Source: an uncultured delta proteobacterium
GTDB taxonomy: Bacteria; Myxococcota_A; Polyangia; Fen-1088
Direction of reading: 5' to 3'
Length of the DNA stretch: 64,000 nucleotides
Assembly: GCA_963796685.1 (NCBI GenBank)
Contig: CAWCMR010000009.1
Coordinates: 64,001 to 128,000 of the forward strand
The notes below the pieces were generated by a model that saw only the letters and a list, made by a program, of their open reading frames with translations, was not told the DNA's origin and did not search any database. Position 1 is the first letter of the stretch, and each line of letters starts with the position of its first letter. Shown piece after piece: positions 1 through 12,370 of this stretch. The position numbers and the translations under genes were made by a program.

Positions 1-487
1 ACCTACGCGCCGCCGCCGGCCAAATTCGAGGCCGGCACGCCCGACATCAGCGGTGCCATCGCTCTCGCCACCGCCATCGACTACGTCGAGTCGTTCGGCA
101 TGGCCGCCATCGAACGCTACGAGGCCGAGCTGCGATCACGTGACCGTGTACCTCGACGTCAAGGACGGTGTCGTCCGTGACATCAGCTTCCAAGGCGAGG
201 GCTGCGCCATCGCCAGGGCGTCGGCGTCCATGATGACGTCGGTGGTGAAGGGAAAGTCCTTGGCCGACGCCTCCGAGACCTTCAAGCGCTTCCGCCAGAT
301 GATCACCGGCGGCCAGGATCCCTGCTTCGACCTCGAAGACCTGGGCAAGCTCGCCGCGTTCTCCGACGTAAGCGCGTTCCCCGTGCGGGTCAAGTGCGCA
401 AGCCTCGCCTGGCACACCTTGAACGCGGCCATGCACGAGACCACGACCGAGCCCACCAGCGGCAGCGAGCCCAGCAAGGAGCCCTAA
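1..487 (+). pseudogene. sufS/sufU: IS cargo: internal sufS (cysteine desulfurase) fragment joined out of frame at ~133 to the 3' part of sufU
   Basis: KFEAGTPDISGAIAL is SufS-like, followed by DHVTVYL..GEGCAIARASASMM..RVKCASLAWH (SufU). The same block recurs at 36692 and 53012. Confidence 0.85.
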
Positions 488-489
488 AA

Positions 490-885
490 GTGACGGCGGC
501 CCCCAATCCCCAGCCCGCACCCGACCCGCCCCCCGACCCGCCATCGGGCTCCACCGCCAACGATGCGGCCACCGCCCAGTTGGAGCGCCTGGTGTGGCAG
601 GAGCTGCGCGAGTGCTACGACCCGGAGATCCCCGTCAACATCGTGGAGCTGGGGCTCGTCTACGCCATGAGGACCGAGCCCCTGCCCGAGGGCGGCCACC
701 GGGTCGAGGTCCTCATGACCGTGACCTCTACTGCCTGTGGCATGTCCGAGATCCTGCGCAGCGAGGCCGACGCGCGCATTCGCAAGCTGCCCGGCGTGGC
801 GCAGGTCGAGGTCGCCATCACCTTCGACCCGACCTGGACCCCCGAGCTCATGAGCGACGACGCGCGCATGATGCTGAATTTGTGA
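490..885 (+). CDS. sufT: SufT / MIP18 (DUF59) Fe-S cluster assembly protein (IS cargo copy 1)
   Basis: DPEIPVNIVELGLVY..MTVTSTACGM..FDPTWTPELMS motif; GTG start 3 nt after the sufU stop. Confidence 0.85.
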   Translation: MTAAPNPQPAPDPPPDPPSGSTANDAATAQLERLVWQELRECYDPEIPVNIVELGLVYAMRTEPLPEGGHRVEVLMTVTSTACGMSEILRSEADARIRKLPGVAQVEVAITFDPTWTPELMSDDARMMLNL

Positions 886-2356
886 TTAGAGAGAGCGTAG
901 AGGGCGGAGGAGGGCGCGGAGGGCGGAGAAGCTCGGGAAGGTTTTGCCGACCGTGGCCGTGCCTCACCCACACAACGCCCGACACCCGCATCACGCACCT
1001 TCCGTGACCTGCTTGCCGAGAACCCTCCTTCATGGAGGCAGCCGCATGCGCAAAACCTGCGACCGGCTACACCTATGCCCGCCGGGAGCCGGAGAAGACC
1101 GCGCTCTTCCAGGTGCTCCAGCAGCACCTGCTCACCTTCGAGCAAGAGTGGACCGACAAGTCCGACGGCCGCACGCTGCCCAGCTTCGTCACCGACGAGC
1201 TACACGACTTTCTAGGGTGCGGAATCTTGGCGCGAGGCTTCGCACAATTCTTGTGCAAAACCTGCCACGAGCGGTACGTTGTGGCCTGGAGCTGTAAGGG
1301 TCGTGGCTTCTGTCCGAGCTGCGGAGGCAGACGCATGAACGCGGGTGCGCTGACTCTGGTCGATCACGTGCTGCCCGAAGTGCCCATCCGACAATTCGTG
1401 CTCACCCTGCCTTTCCCGCTGAGATTTCCCTTGGCTTTCGACGGGAAATTGCTGGGCCAAGTCCTGCGCATCTTCATCGACACCGTCGCGTCCAACTATC
1501 GCAAGCGCCTGGCAGATCGGGGCATCCCCGACGGCGAGTGCGGCGCCGTCACGGTCATCCAGCGCGCCAACAGCGACCTGCGTCTCTCACCGCATTTTCA
1601 CGTTCTCCAGCTCGATGGAGCGTACGCCCCTGGGCCCGACGGCGGTGCGCCCATCTTCCACCCGGCTCCGGAACTTACCCAAGAGGACATCCTTGCCATC
1701 GTCGCGCGCGCCAGTAAGCGCATCCTCCGCTTCCTCCAACGTCGCGGGGTCATCACCCTGGTGACCGCGCCAGGCGACGGCGAGATCACCGTCGTCACCG
1801 ACGAGACCATCGGCGAGAAGGATCCGCTCCTGGCTCGCTTGTTGGCCGCCGCCACCGCTGGCGCCTCGCCTGCCGGCCCTGCGCACAAGCGGGCTCCCGT
1901 GCGCATCGTGCTCGACCCTGGCGCCACGCCCGTGGCCAAGGGCAAACTATGCGGCCAGCAAGCAGGCTTCAACCTGCATGCTCAAACCAAAGTCGCCGCC
2001 AACGACAAGAAGGGTCGCGAAAACCTGTGCAAGTACATCTTGCGCCCGCCTCTCGCCAATGACCGCCTCAAGATCCTCGACGACAAAACCGTCAGGCTCG
2101 ACTTCAAGAAGCCCTGGTCGGATGGCACATCGTCGGTCGACCTTGCGCCGCTCGCCCTCATTGCGAGGCTAGCCGCGATCATCCCTCCTCCTCGTCGCCA
2201 TGTCGTCAGATATTCGGGGGTTATCTCCTCGCACAGCTCTCTCCGCAGCCAGGTCGTCCCCGTCCCCGCCGTGGCGGCACCCGAGGAAAAGGACAAGCCT
2301 TCACTGCCGCTCTCGCACTATATTTCTTGGAGCCAGCTCCTCAAAAAGACATTCGA

Positions 2357-2646
2357 TCACCCTATCAACTACAGCTCACACCGAGGATCTGACAGGTCCA
2401 GTGCGGGTCACCCACCCGTTCCACCCGAAGTTCGGGCAGGAGCTCGACGTGATTGTTCGCCGGTACAGCTGGGGTGAAGATCGGGTCTTCTACCGCGAGC
2501 CAGCCGGAAACCTAGCGTCGCTGCCCTCTCGCTGGACGAGTGTCCTGCCCGAGGATCTGTTTGTTGTCGTGGCGGCCGGCCGGTCTCGGTTTCGGGTGCG
2601 GGATTTGATCGATCTCACCGCACTGGTGGGGAGGCTTCGCAGGTGA
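2357..2646 (+). CDS. DUF5372/Y4bD-like small protein; 3' part only, N-terminus predicted to be supplied after circularisation
   Basis: VRVTHPFHP..GEDRV..SLPSRWTS motif; no ATG in place, only a weak GTG at 2401. Confidence 0.7.
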
Positions 2647-2670
2647 GAGCGACGCGCGTAGCGGCGGAAG

Positions 2671-2839
2671 TGTGTAAGGCCATTTTTGCCGTCTGTGTAA
2701 TTGTGATTATGCCGTCCCGTGGTCAGGGTGGCACTTCAAATGGCACGATGAGTGTGCATTTAAGCGTCTGCATCCACTGCCCTGCCTGGCGATTTTGGGT
2801 TGACATCTCTACTTGCAACGGCGTTAATAGAGTTACACT
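2671..2839. promoter_or_regulatory. Three 23-bp GTGTAA-N10-GCCGT boxes (two tandem, one inverted) around a TTGACA promoter candidate
   Basis: Direct copies at 2671-2693 and 2694-2716, inverted copy at 2817-2839; TTGACA at 2800-2805. Confidence 0.6.
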
Positions 2840-2865
2840 ACCTTCCGGTCACCCTGGAGACGCCC

Positions 2866-3333
2866 ATGAGCAAGACCAAACCCTCCGACCCCAAGCTCGC
2901 AGCCCTGCGACAGCATGGCTGCCTCAATCCCCATCCGGACAAGGTCGCCGATCCGATCTTCGCCTCCTCCGACTTCTTCGACCCCCGCGATCTGGTCCAG
3001 GTCAAGTACGAGATGGTGCGGCGTGTGCGCGTGGACGGACAGCCTGTCAGCCACAGCGCGGCCGCGTACGGATTCTCACGTCCCGCGTTCTATCAAGCGC
3101 AAACCGTTCTCGACCGCGGCGGCCTGGCGGCTCTGGTGCCGAGAAAGCCAGGACCGCGACGGTCGCACAAGCTGAGCACGGACGTGATGGAGTTTCTACA
3201 GCGAGAGCGGTCCACGGATTCGTCGCTGCGCCCGCCGGACTTGGCACGCCTGGTTCTGGAGCGTTTCGGCCGCAAGGTTCATCCTCGCAGCGTCGAACGG
3301 GCGCTCACACGACAGGAAAAAAAACGGCGGTGA
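2866..3333 (+). CDS. Helix-turn-helix protein of the recombinase cassette
   Basis: FFDPRDLVQVKYEMVRRV..YGFSRPAFYQ..HPRSVERAL; GGAG SD before ATG. Confidence 0.75.
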   Translation: MSKTKPSDPKLAALRQHGCLNPHPDKVADPIFASSDFFDPRDLVQVKYEMVRRVRVDGQPVSHSAAAYGFSRPAFYQAQTVLDRGGLAALVPRKPGPRRSHKLSTDVMEFLQRERSTDSSLRPPDLARLVLERFGRKVHPRSVERALTRQEKKRR

Positions 3334-3635
3334 TCGTTTCGCCCGCGGCAACGGGTGGCAGCGACACCGCCATCGCGGAGTACGAAGAGTTGCGCTGTCG
3401 CGTTCTCGCGGGAGCTGGCGCACGCGACTGCGACCTTGGACAGCTGTTTCTTCTCCGCGAAGGGATCGTCGCCTGGATAGCCCACGGAACGACTTCTACG
3501 GCGCCGGCGAATCTCACGGCAGATCGGGACAGTGACGTGACAGCACCGGTCCTTTCCGACGAGATCCACGCCGGCATGGTGCGTGTGTTGGCCAACATGG
3601 CCTTGGCAGTAGGACGAAGGGAGATGACGACATGA
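3330..3635 (+). CDS. Small hypothetical protein of the recombinase cassette
   Basis: GTGA/ATGA overlaps with both neighbours; YEELR..LFLLREGIVAWI. Confidence 0.65.
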   Translation: MIVSPAATGGSDTAIAEYEELRCRVLAGAGARDCDLGQLFLLREGIVAWIAHGTTSTAPANLTADRDSDVTAPVLSDEIHAGMVRVLANMALAVGRREMTT

Positions 3636-5692
3636 GATCCGAAGGACATCAGAAAGTCACCACCAGCCACCTCAAGCGGGATGCCTATCTGTACGTCAGA
3701 CAATCGACAGTCCGGCAGGTCATTGAGAATACCGAGAGCACGCAGCGGCAGTATGCTCTCCGCCAGCGTGCCGTTGCTTTGGGCTGGCCAAACGATCGGG
3801 TCATCGTCATCGACACAGATCTCGGCCAGTCAGGAGCTTCCGCGGTCGACCGCGTGGGTTTCCAGAAGCTCGTGGCCGAGGTCGGGATGGGGCACGCTGG
3901 TATCGTGCTTGGCTTGGAGGTCTCTCGACTGGCGCGCAATTCCACTGACTGGCACCGATTGCTCGAGATCTGCGCACTGACCGACACCTTGATTCTCGAC
4001 GAGGATGGCATCTACGACCCCGCGCACTTCAACGACCGGCTGTTGCTCGGGCTCAAGGGAACGATGAGTGAAGCCGAGTTGCACGTCTTGCGAGCTCGCC
4101 TGCGCGGCGGCATCATCAACAAGGCGCGCCGGGGCGAATTGCATTGTCGCCTACCTGTTGGCTTCGTCTACGACGGTGGCGGGCGCGTCGTCCTTGATCC
4201 GGACAAGCAAGTGCAAGAGAGCGTGCGATTGCTGTTCGCGACTTTCGCACGAACAGGGGCAGCGCATGCCACGCTCAAGTACTTCCGACAAGAGAAGCTG
4301 CTATTCCCCACACGTCTGGGTGCCGGGGCGAGCAAGGGTGAGCTGGCTTGGACGCCGCTCAGCCTGGCACGCACTGCCAGCATCCTGCACAACCCGTGGT
4401 ATGCGGGCGCGTACGCATTCGGTAGAAACCGCTGGCGAAAAAGACCGGACGGAAGCAACTCCTGCCGACGAGAACGCTTACCGCGCGCCGAGTGGCTTGC
4501 TCTGCTTCGGGATGCCCACCCCGCGTACATCTCATGGCAAGAGTACGAGCGCATCGACCAGCGCTTGCAGGCCAGTGCCAAGTCCCTCGGCTGGGAGCGA
4601 GGCCGGGAATCTCCTCGTGAGGGTCCAGCCCTGTTGCAAGGACGCACGATCTGCGGACTCTGCGGCTGCCGAATGGGCGTTCACTACAACACTCGACGCT
4701 CAGGTCAGCTCATTCCCAACTATGTGTGCTCCGGACACGGCCGTCTCCTTGGCGACGGCTCATGCCAGAGCATTCTGGGAACGGAAATCGACGCAGCCGT
4801 CAGCAAGTTGCTGGTCGAGGCCGTGACACCGATGGCGCTCGAAATGACCCTCGCCATCCAGCAGGAGATCGCGGCCCGCCTCGACGAGGCCGATCGGCTG
4901 CGCCACCGCCAAGTCGAGCGAGCCCAGTACGAGGCTGACCACGCCCGCCGTCGCTACATGCAGGTGGATGGCGCCAACCGGTTGGTCGCAGATTCACTGG
5001 AAGCAGAGTGGAACACCAAGCTGCGTGCGCTTTCCAAGGCCCAGGAGGAATACCTGCGCCAGCACGAGGCCGACCGACTCACCGTCGGCAAGGATGAGCG
5101 CCAGCGCATCCTCGCTCTCGTCACGGATTTCCCCGCCGTCTGGCGTGACCCCAATACGCCCCAGCGCGAGCGCAAGCGCATACTGGCGCTTCTGATCGAA
5201 GACATCACCCTGATCAAGCGGCGCGAAATCACCGTGAAGATCCGCTTCCGCGGCGGTGCAACCACTACCTTGACACTGCCTCGTCCACTCACGCCCCAGC
5301 AACTGCGTGCCACACACCCCGAAGTCCGTCAGCAGATCGACGCCCTCCTCGACGAGTACACCAACGCTCAGGTCGCCAACCAACTTAACAAGCAACAGAT
5401 GCGCACCGGCACTGGCGAGTCCTTCAATGCCGTGAGCGTCCAGTGGGTACGCTTCTCGGCCAAGCTCAAGAGTCTCAAGGAACGACTCATCGAAGCTGGC
5501 TGGCTGACAAGTAAGCAGGTCGCTGCCCTGCTCGGCGTCAGCCTTTCGACCGTCAGTAGTTTGCGCAACAAGGGGCGCCTCAAGGGACGTATATGCAGCG
5601 ACAAAGGCGAGTGGCTATACTGGCCATCCGACATCCCCACAAGTCCTTCACCAACACCAACTGTTACATCCACTGCGAGAGGTGCAATATGA
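3632..5692 (+). CDS. Large serine recombinase (resolvase, recombinase and zinc-ribbon domains, C-terminal HTH)
   Basis: YVRQS catalytic motif, EVSRLARN, CGLCG..YVC zinc ribbon, coiled coil; 686 aa. Confidence 0.95.
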   Translation: MRSEGHQKVTTSHLKRDAYLYVRQSTVRQVIENTESTQRQYALRQRAVALGWPNDRVIVIDTDLGQSGASAVDRVGFQKLVAEVGMGHAGIVLGLEVSRLARNSTDWHRLLEICALTDTLILDEDGIYDPAHFNDRLLLGLKGTMSEAELHVLRARLRGGIINKARRGELHCRLPVGFVYDGGGRVVLDPDKQVQESVRLLFATFARTGAAHATLKYFRQEKLLFPTRLGAGASKGELAWTPLSLARTASILHNPWYAGAYAFGRNRWRKRPDGSNSCRRERLPRAEWLALLRDAHPAYISWQEYERIDQRLQASAKSLGWERGRESPREGPALLQGRTICGLCGCRMGVHYNTRRSGQLIPNYVCSGHGRLLGDGSCQSILGTEIDAAVSKLLVEAVTPMALEMTLAIQQEIAARLDEADRLRHRQVERAQYEADHARRRYMQVDGANRLVADSLEAEWNTKLRALSKAQEEYLRQHEADRLTVGKDERQRILALVTDFPAVWRDPNTPQRERKRILALLIEDITLIKRREITVKIRFRGGATTTLTLPRPLTPQQLRATHPEVRQQIDALLDEYTNAQVANQLNKQQMRTGTGESFNAVSVQWVRFSAKLKSLKERLIEAGWLTSKQVAALLGVSLSTVSSLRNKGRLKGRICSDKGEWLYWPSDIPTSPSPTPTVTSTARGAI

Positions 5693-6060
5693 AAAGCGAT
5701 CCTTCGAGATCGACACCGTCTGCCCTCGCTGCAAGAGCCCGCTGCATCTCATCGCCATGATCGAGACCGAGGACACCATCAAGAAGATTCTCAAAGCCAT
5801 GGGACTGCCTACCGAGGCGCCCAAACTCCGGCCTGCACGACCGCCGCCCTCGCAATCTGGTGGCGAGGGCGGAGACTGGCTGAACTGACGGCACGTCGAC
5901 CAGGGCGGGTTGGAGTAGACTGCCCTGCGTGCTCGAGAAAGACCCCGCCAGGCCCCAGAAACCCGGTCACGTGCGCTGCGCAGACGTGATCGGGGCCGAC
6001 CTAACGCGTCCCGGCAGGGTTCTCAGACGCTCAAAAACCCCCTTCGAATCGCCTATGGCC

Positions 6061-6343
6061 GCGGCAATACTTCCGGCCTTTGACTGGCGCTGGTGTGCTC
6101 GCATACTCGCGGATTTTGAATGATACGGAGGTCGTAGTGGTCGCCAACCCAAACCAGGGCGCAACGATCACGACCAATGTGGTGGTGGACCTGAGCTTGA
6201 CGCCGCCTGGACGGCGACCGGCCGTACTTTTCAGCAACCTGGGCGTGCTAGGGGCCACGGCTCCCGGCGTGGCATCGTTATCCGCTGGTTGCTCGATCCT
6301 CCCCGTAACGCTCCGGCCGATGGAGGCTCAGGTGCTCGGGTGA
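6061..6343 (+). pseudogene. C-terminal fragment of a probable alpha-amylase-family protein, truncated by the IS ori end
   Basis: RQYFRP..GVLAYSRILNDTEVVVVAN..TLRPMEAQVL begins exactly at the IS end. Confidence 0.55.
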
Positions 6344-6344
6344 T

Positions 6345-6782
6345 TTGAACTCTCGTGGTGCGCGTGGCGGCTCCAAGCCCTCGGGCCGCGGAAAACCAGC
6401 GTCCAAGTTTCTCCACGCGGTCGCGTGCGAACAGGGTTTGCCGGTCGCGAACAACCTCGTGGACATCAACAACCTCGTGTCGCTTGTGACCGCGCTGCCA
6501 ATTACCATTTTCGATACCGACAAGCTGGGCACGCCGGCGGTTGTCCGCTTCGATCGCCCCGATGAACGCTGCGTCTTCAATGCGTCGGGCCAGAGCATGG
6601 ACGTGACTGGTATCCCCGTGATCTGCCGTACAGCCACCGACGAACCCGCAGGCAATGCCGTCAAGGATTCGATGCTGGCCAACGTCCGTCCCGAGACCCG
6701 CAACATCCTCGCGGTTGTCTACGGGTCCACCAAGCGCGACGGTGGTCTCCTGGAACGTGCCGCACACGAGCTACTGACGTAG
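6345..6782 (+). pseudogene. B3/B4 (PheT-like) domain fragment, N-terminally truncated
   Basis: KPSGRGKPAS..NNLVDINNLVSL..LPITIFD..NAVKDS. Confidence 0.6.
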
Positions 6783-7142
6783 CTCGCCGAGTTCGCCTTC
6801 GCCCAGGACTGCGCGCGGACCACCATTCCGGGCTAGGATCGAACCGTTCCCAAACCGTCCGAAGATCACGGGTTCCAAGTACCCGAAACCATGAGGCCGA
6901 GAGAATGGGAAACTGCGGTCCGGAACCGGTCGTTTCTGGAATTGTCGTGAACCTCGAAGGTCGTGAACAAAGCGTCACCTGCGGATCTGCGATGCCTCAA
7001 GCCAGGCCGCTCTCTCTCCCTCCGCTTGGTGAACGTGCCAGCCTTGAATCGCGAGGCCCTTCGATACGGTTGCACCCGGGCAGAGCCTCTGGATGTCGTT
7101 GGAGCTGTGCCCCAGGCAATGAGGGGCTCCATGAGGAACACC

Positions 7143-8114
7143 CTAGAGCGCCAGGGCGTCCGACTGGTAACCTGTTCCTGGCCGGTTCTTGCCCGACCTC
7201 TTGGCGAGTCGCAAAGACACGACCTTCGCGGGCGCCTGGTCCTTGCGGAGCGATTCGATATCTCGACGCGGAGGCGCCCCGAAGAGCCGACGGTACTCTC
7301 GGCTGAACTGCGTGGGGCTCTCGTAGCCGACCTTGAAGCTCGCCTCGGCCGCATCCAAGGCTTCCCCTAGCATCAGGCGTCTCGCCTCCTGCAAGCGAAG
7401 ACTCTTCTGGTACTGCAGCGGGCTCAGAGCGGTCACTGCCTTGAAGTGGCGATGCAGAGCCGAAGGGCTCATCCCGGCCTGCTTTGCGAGCGATTCGACC
7501 CGAAGTGGCTCCAAGTAGTGCACCTTGAGCCATCTTAAGGCATGGGTAATACGCTGGCCCTGGTCGTTGCCCGAGATGATCTGTCTGAGCCGCTGGCCTT
7601 CCGGACCGATTAGTAGGCGGTAGGTGATTTCCCGTCGGATGAGTGGCGCAAGAACCTGCGCATCCCTTGGATTGTCGAGCAGCGCGACCAGACGGGTCAC
7701 CGAGTCGAGTAGCAGCGGGTCGAGGGTGCTCACGGCAAGCGCACCCGTCGCCAGACCCGGCGGCTGTCGCGGTCCGAGTTGGGCGACCACCTCGCCAACC
7801 TCCAGCGGGTCGAGAACGAGTCTGAGCGCCAAGTAGGGCTTCTCGGCCGTGGCCGCGACGATACGTGCAGTCGCCGGGACGTCCGCAGCGATGAGCAAAT
7901 ACCTCGCGGCATCGTAGCGATACTCCCGATCGCCAAACAAGACTCGTTTGCTGCCTTGGGCAATCACGCACAGAGCAGGCTCATACAGGACGTTCACAGG
8001 CGGCGATGGCTTCGCGTACCGGTAGAGCGTCAGACCGCGTATTTCCGTCGGGTAGTTTCCCTCCGCGAGGGTCTTTCCTTCTATCAGCCTTGCGAGCGTG
8101 AACAGTCGAGTCAT
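7143..8114 (-). CDS. AraC-family transcriptional regulator (AraC_N plus HTH)
   Basis: YEPALCVIAQGSK..MSPSALHRHFK..SPLQYQK..VGYESPTQFSREY. Confidence 0.95.
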   Translation of the reverse strand: MTRLFTLARLIEGKTLAEGNYPTEIRGLTLYRYAKPSPPVNVLYEPALCVIAQGSKRVLFGDREYRYDAARYLLIAADVPATARIVAATAEKPYLALRLVLDPLEVGEVVAQLGPRQPPGLATGALAVSTLDPLLLDSVTRLVALLDNPRDAQVLAPLIRREITYRLLIGPEGQRLRQIISGNDQGQRITHALRWLKVHYLEPLRVESLAKQAGMSPSALHRHFKAVTALSPLQYQKSLRLQEARRLMLGEALDAAEASFKVGYESPTQFSREYRRLFGAPPRRDIESLRKDQAPAKVVSLRLAKRSGKNRPGTGYQSDALAL

Positions 8115-8196
8115 GGAAGCCTCACGGCCAGAAGCTTGCAGGATTAGGCAAGAACTGTCCAGGAGCGGGATACCGCCCGTCCAGACCGAGTGCTAG

Positions 8197-9360
<1,164 letters not shown>

Positions 9361-9385
9361 TCGAATCCAGAAGGAGCCACATCCC

Positions 9386-10946
<1,561 letters not shown>

Positions 10947-10950
<4 letters not shown>

Positions 10951-11258
10951 CCACGAAGCCGATCACGAACGTGAGCGCATCCGTGCGTGCGAGACTCCTG
11001 GAACTCTCGCGCAAGAATGGTGAACAGTTCAATTTCCTCCTGACCCGCTACGCCCTTGAACGGCTGTTGTACCGGCTGGGCAGCACGAACCGACAAAGAT
11101 TCGTCCTCAAGGGTGCGATGTTGTTTGCCCTCTGGACCACGACAGCGCGACATCGCCCGACGGTGGACATGGACCTCCTGGGCTACGGTCCCCCGAGTCT
11201 CGACAACATCAGGTCAATCTTTCAGACTGTAGCCTCTCTCGCCACGACCGGCGCTCCT
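10947..11258 (+). pseudogene. Type IV TA AbiEii-like nucleotidyltransferase toxin, 3' truncated
   Basis: ASVRARLL..YALERLLYRL..FVLKGAMLF..RPTVDMDL; similarity ends where the SDR gene ends. Confidence 0.8.
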
Positions 11259-12245
11259 TCAGGACACGGCGCTCAAGGTTGCTGCGGAGGAGAAGTCGAC
11301 GCCGGAGACCTTGACGACGGCCTGCCACGCGGCTTCCTGGCTGGCGCGATCGTAGAGGTGTGGCTGGCGCTGCACCTCAGTTGGGCCTGAGAACTTCCCT
11401 TTCGCCGAGGCGAAGAATTGCCCTGAGACGTCGGTTCCGAACTCCGACGCCTGGAGGTACCGACGGGCCGCGGTCTCCGGCGTCTGATTCATGCCGGGAA
11501 TGAGGTTCACGATTGGGATAAACAGATACTTCAACAACGGGCCAGCGTTTCGCACCACCTTGGTGGCGGTCGCCCCACCGGGCGAGACAGCGTACACGGC
11601 CATGCCGGAGGGGAGCCGGCGCGCCAGCGCCGCGACCCACCAAGCGATAATAAGCTTCGCGTCGGCATACGTATTGTTGGGCACGTACTTCACGTTTGGC
11701 CCGTTGCGAATCAGGGCTTCGATAGCGGCGGTCCGGTCTCCCCGGAAGTATTTGGCCGCGAAGGCTGACACATCGGTGTAGCTGAACATCGGCACGCCCC
11801 CACGGGCAGGTTCCGCGCCGGCGATGACAATCCGCGCGTTGGGGCTCAGCAGGTTGGCGCGGAGCAAACCGATAGTTAGTTGATGATGGCCGATGAGCGG
11901 GGCCTGAGCTTCCTCGATGCCCGCCGCGGTGATCACGCGCTTCTTGCCTGGGACCATCCCTGCATTGAGCAGCAGGAAATCGATCGGCTGACCCCGCTTG
12001 ACAAGCTCGGCAACGGCGGACTGAACGCTGGACGGCGCGTCCAGATCCAACTCCAGCGGCGTAAAAATCACTGTTTTGTTGTCAGCCGCGAGTTGAGCGG
12101 CCGCTTGCTGGGCCCCGGCCAGGCTGCGCCCGGTGACGATGATCTCGTGCCAGCCCTCTCCGGCGAGCAGGCGGGCCGCCGCATGGCCGAGCCCGGAAGT
12201 GGCGCCGGTGACGAAAGCGATCGAATGTTCCATAGGCGTCTCCAT
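11259..12245 (-). CDS. Short-chain dehydrogenase/reductase
   Basis: TGATSGLG, LLNAG, YADAK. Confidence 0.9.
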   Translation of the reverse strand: METPMEHSIAFVTGATSGLGHAAARLLAGEGWHEIIVTGRSLAGAQQAAAQLAADNKTVIFTPLELDLDAPSSVQSAVAELVKRGQPIDFLLLNAGMVPGKKRVITAAGIEEAQAPLIGHHQLTIGLLRANLLSPNARIVIAGAEPARGGVPMFSYTDVSAFAAKYFRGDRTAAIEALIRNGPNVKYVPNNTYADAKLIIAWWVAALARRLPSGMAVYAVSPGGATATKVVRNAGPLLKYLFIPIVNLIPGMNQTPETAARRYLQASEFGTDVSGQFFASAKGKFSGPTEVQRQPHLYDRASQEAAWQAVVKVSGVDFSSAATLSAVS

Positions 12246-12348
12246 GGTGAAGGGTGAAAGCCGAGTCGTGAGGCCCCGCGAGGCCAGTAACCGGCTTGCT
12301 AATTTAGAACTATTCAGTTATATATTGGTGCGAGAAACTGTCAAGGAG

Positions 12349-12370
12349 TTTTGAACCAAATGATTCAAAA
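12349..12370. promoter_or_regulatory. Probable TetR operator palindrome TTTTGAA-N8-TTCAAAA
   Basis: Perfect inverted repeat over the tetR start, in the divergent SDR/tetR region. Confidence 0.65.

Larger units (their letters stand above)
2357..5707 (+). mobile_element. 3,351-bp large-serine-recombinase integrative element (Y4bA-D-like cassette) flanked by a TTCGA core
   Basis: Absent from the four other IS copies; TTCGA at 2352-2356 and 5703-5707. Confidence 0.9.
1032..5888 (+). pseudogene. IS91-family HUH transposase split by insertion (1032-2356 plus 5708-5888)
   Basis: Matches the intact 501-aa copies up to KKTF and resumes at EIDTVCPRC. Confidence 0.9.
950..6060 (+). mobile_element. IS91/ISCR-like rolling-circle element copy 1, interrupted by a serine-recombinase element
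   Basis: Starts ACCGTGGCC and ends TTCGAATCGCCTATGGCC like the other copies; 1,760 bp once 2357-5707 is removed. Confidence 0.9.

Noticed and set aside
886-949. Purine-rich GAGGGCG repeats with four GGG runs next to the IS left end (possible G-quadruplex terminator)
   Set aside because: Long loops, common in GC-rich intergenic DNA, and absent from copy 4.
6056-6060. GGCC as an IS91-style target tetranucleotide
   Set aside because: GGCC does not fit the reading frames of the interrupted IS66 tnpB or amylase genes, so it is better read as the element end.
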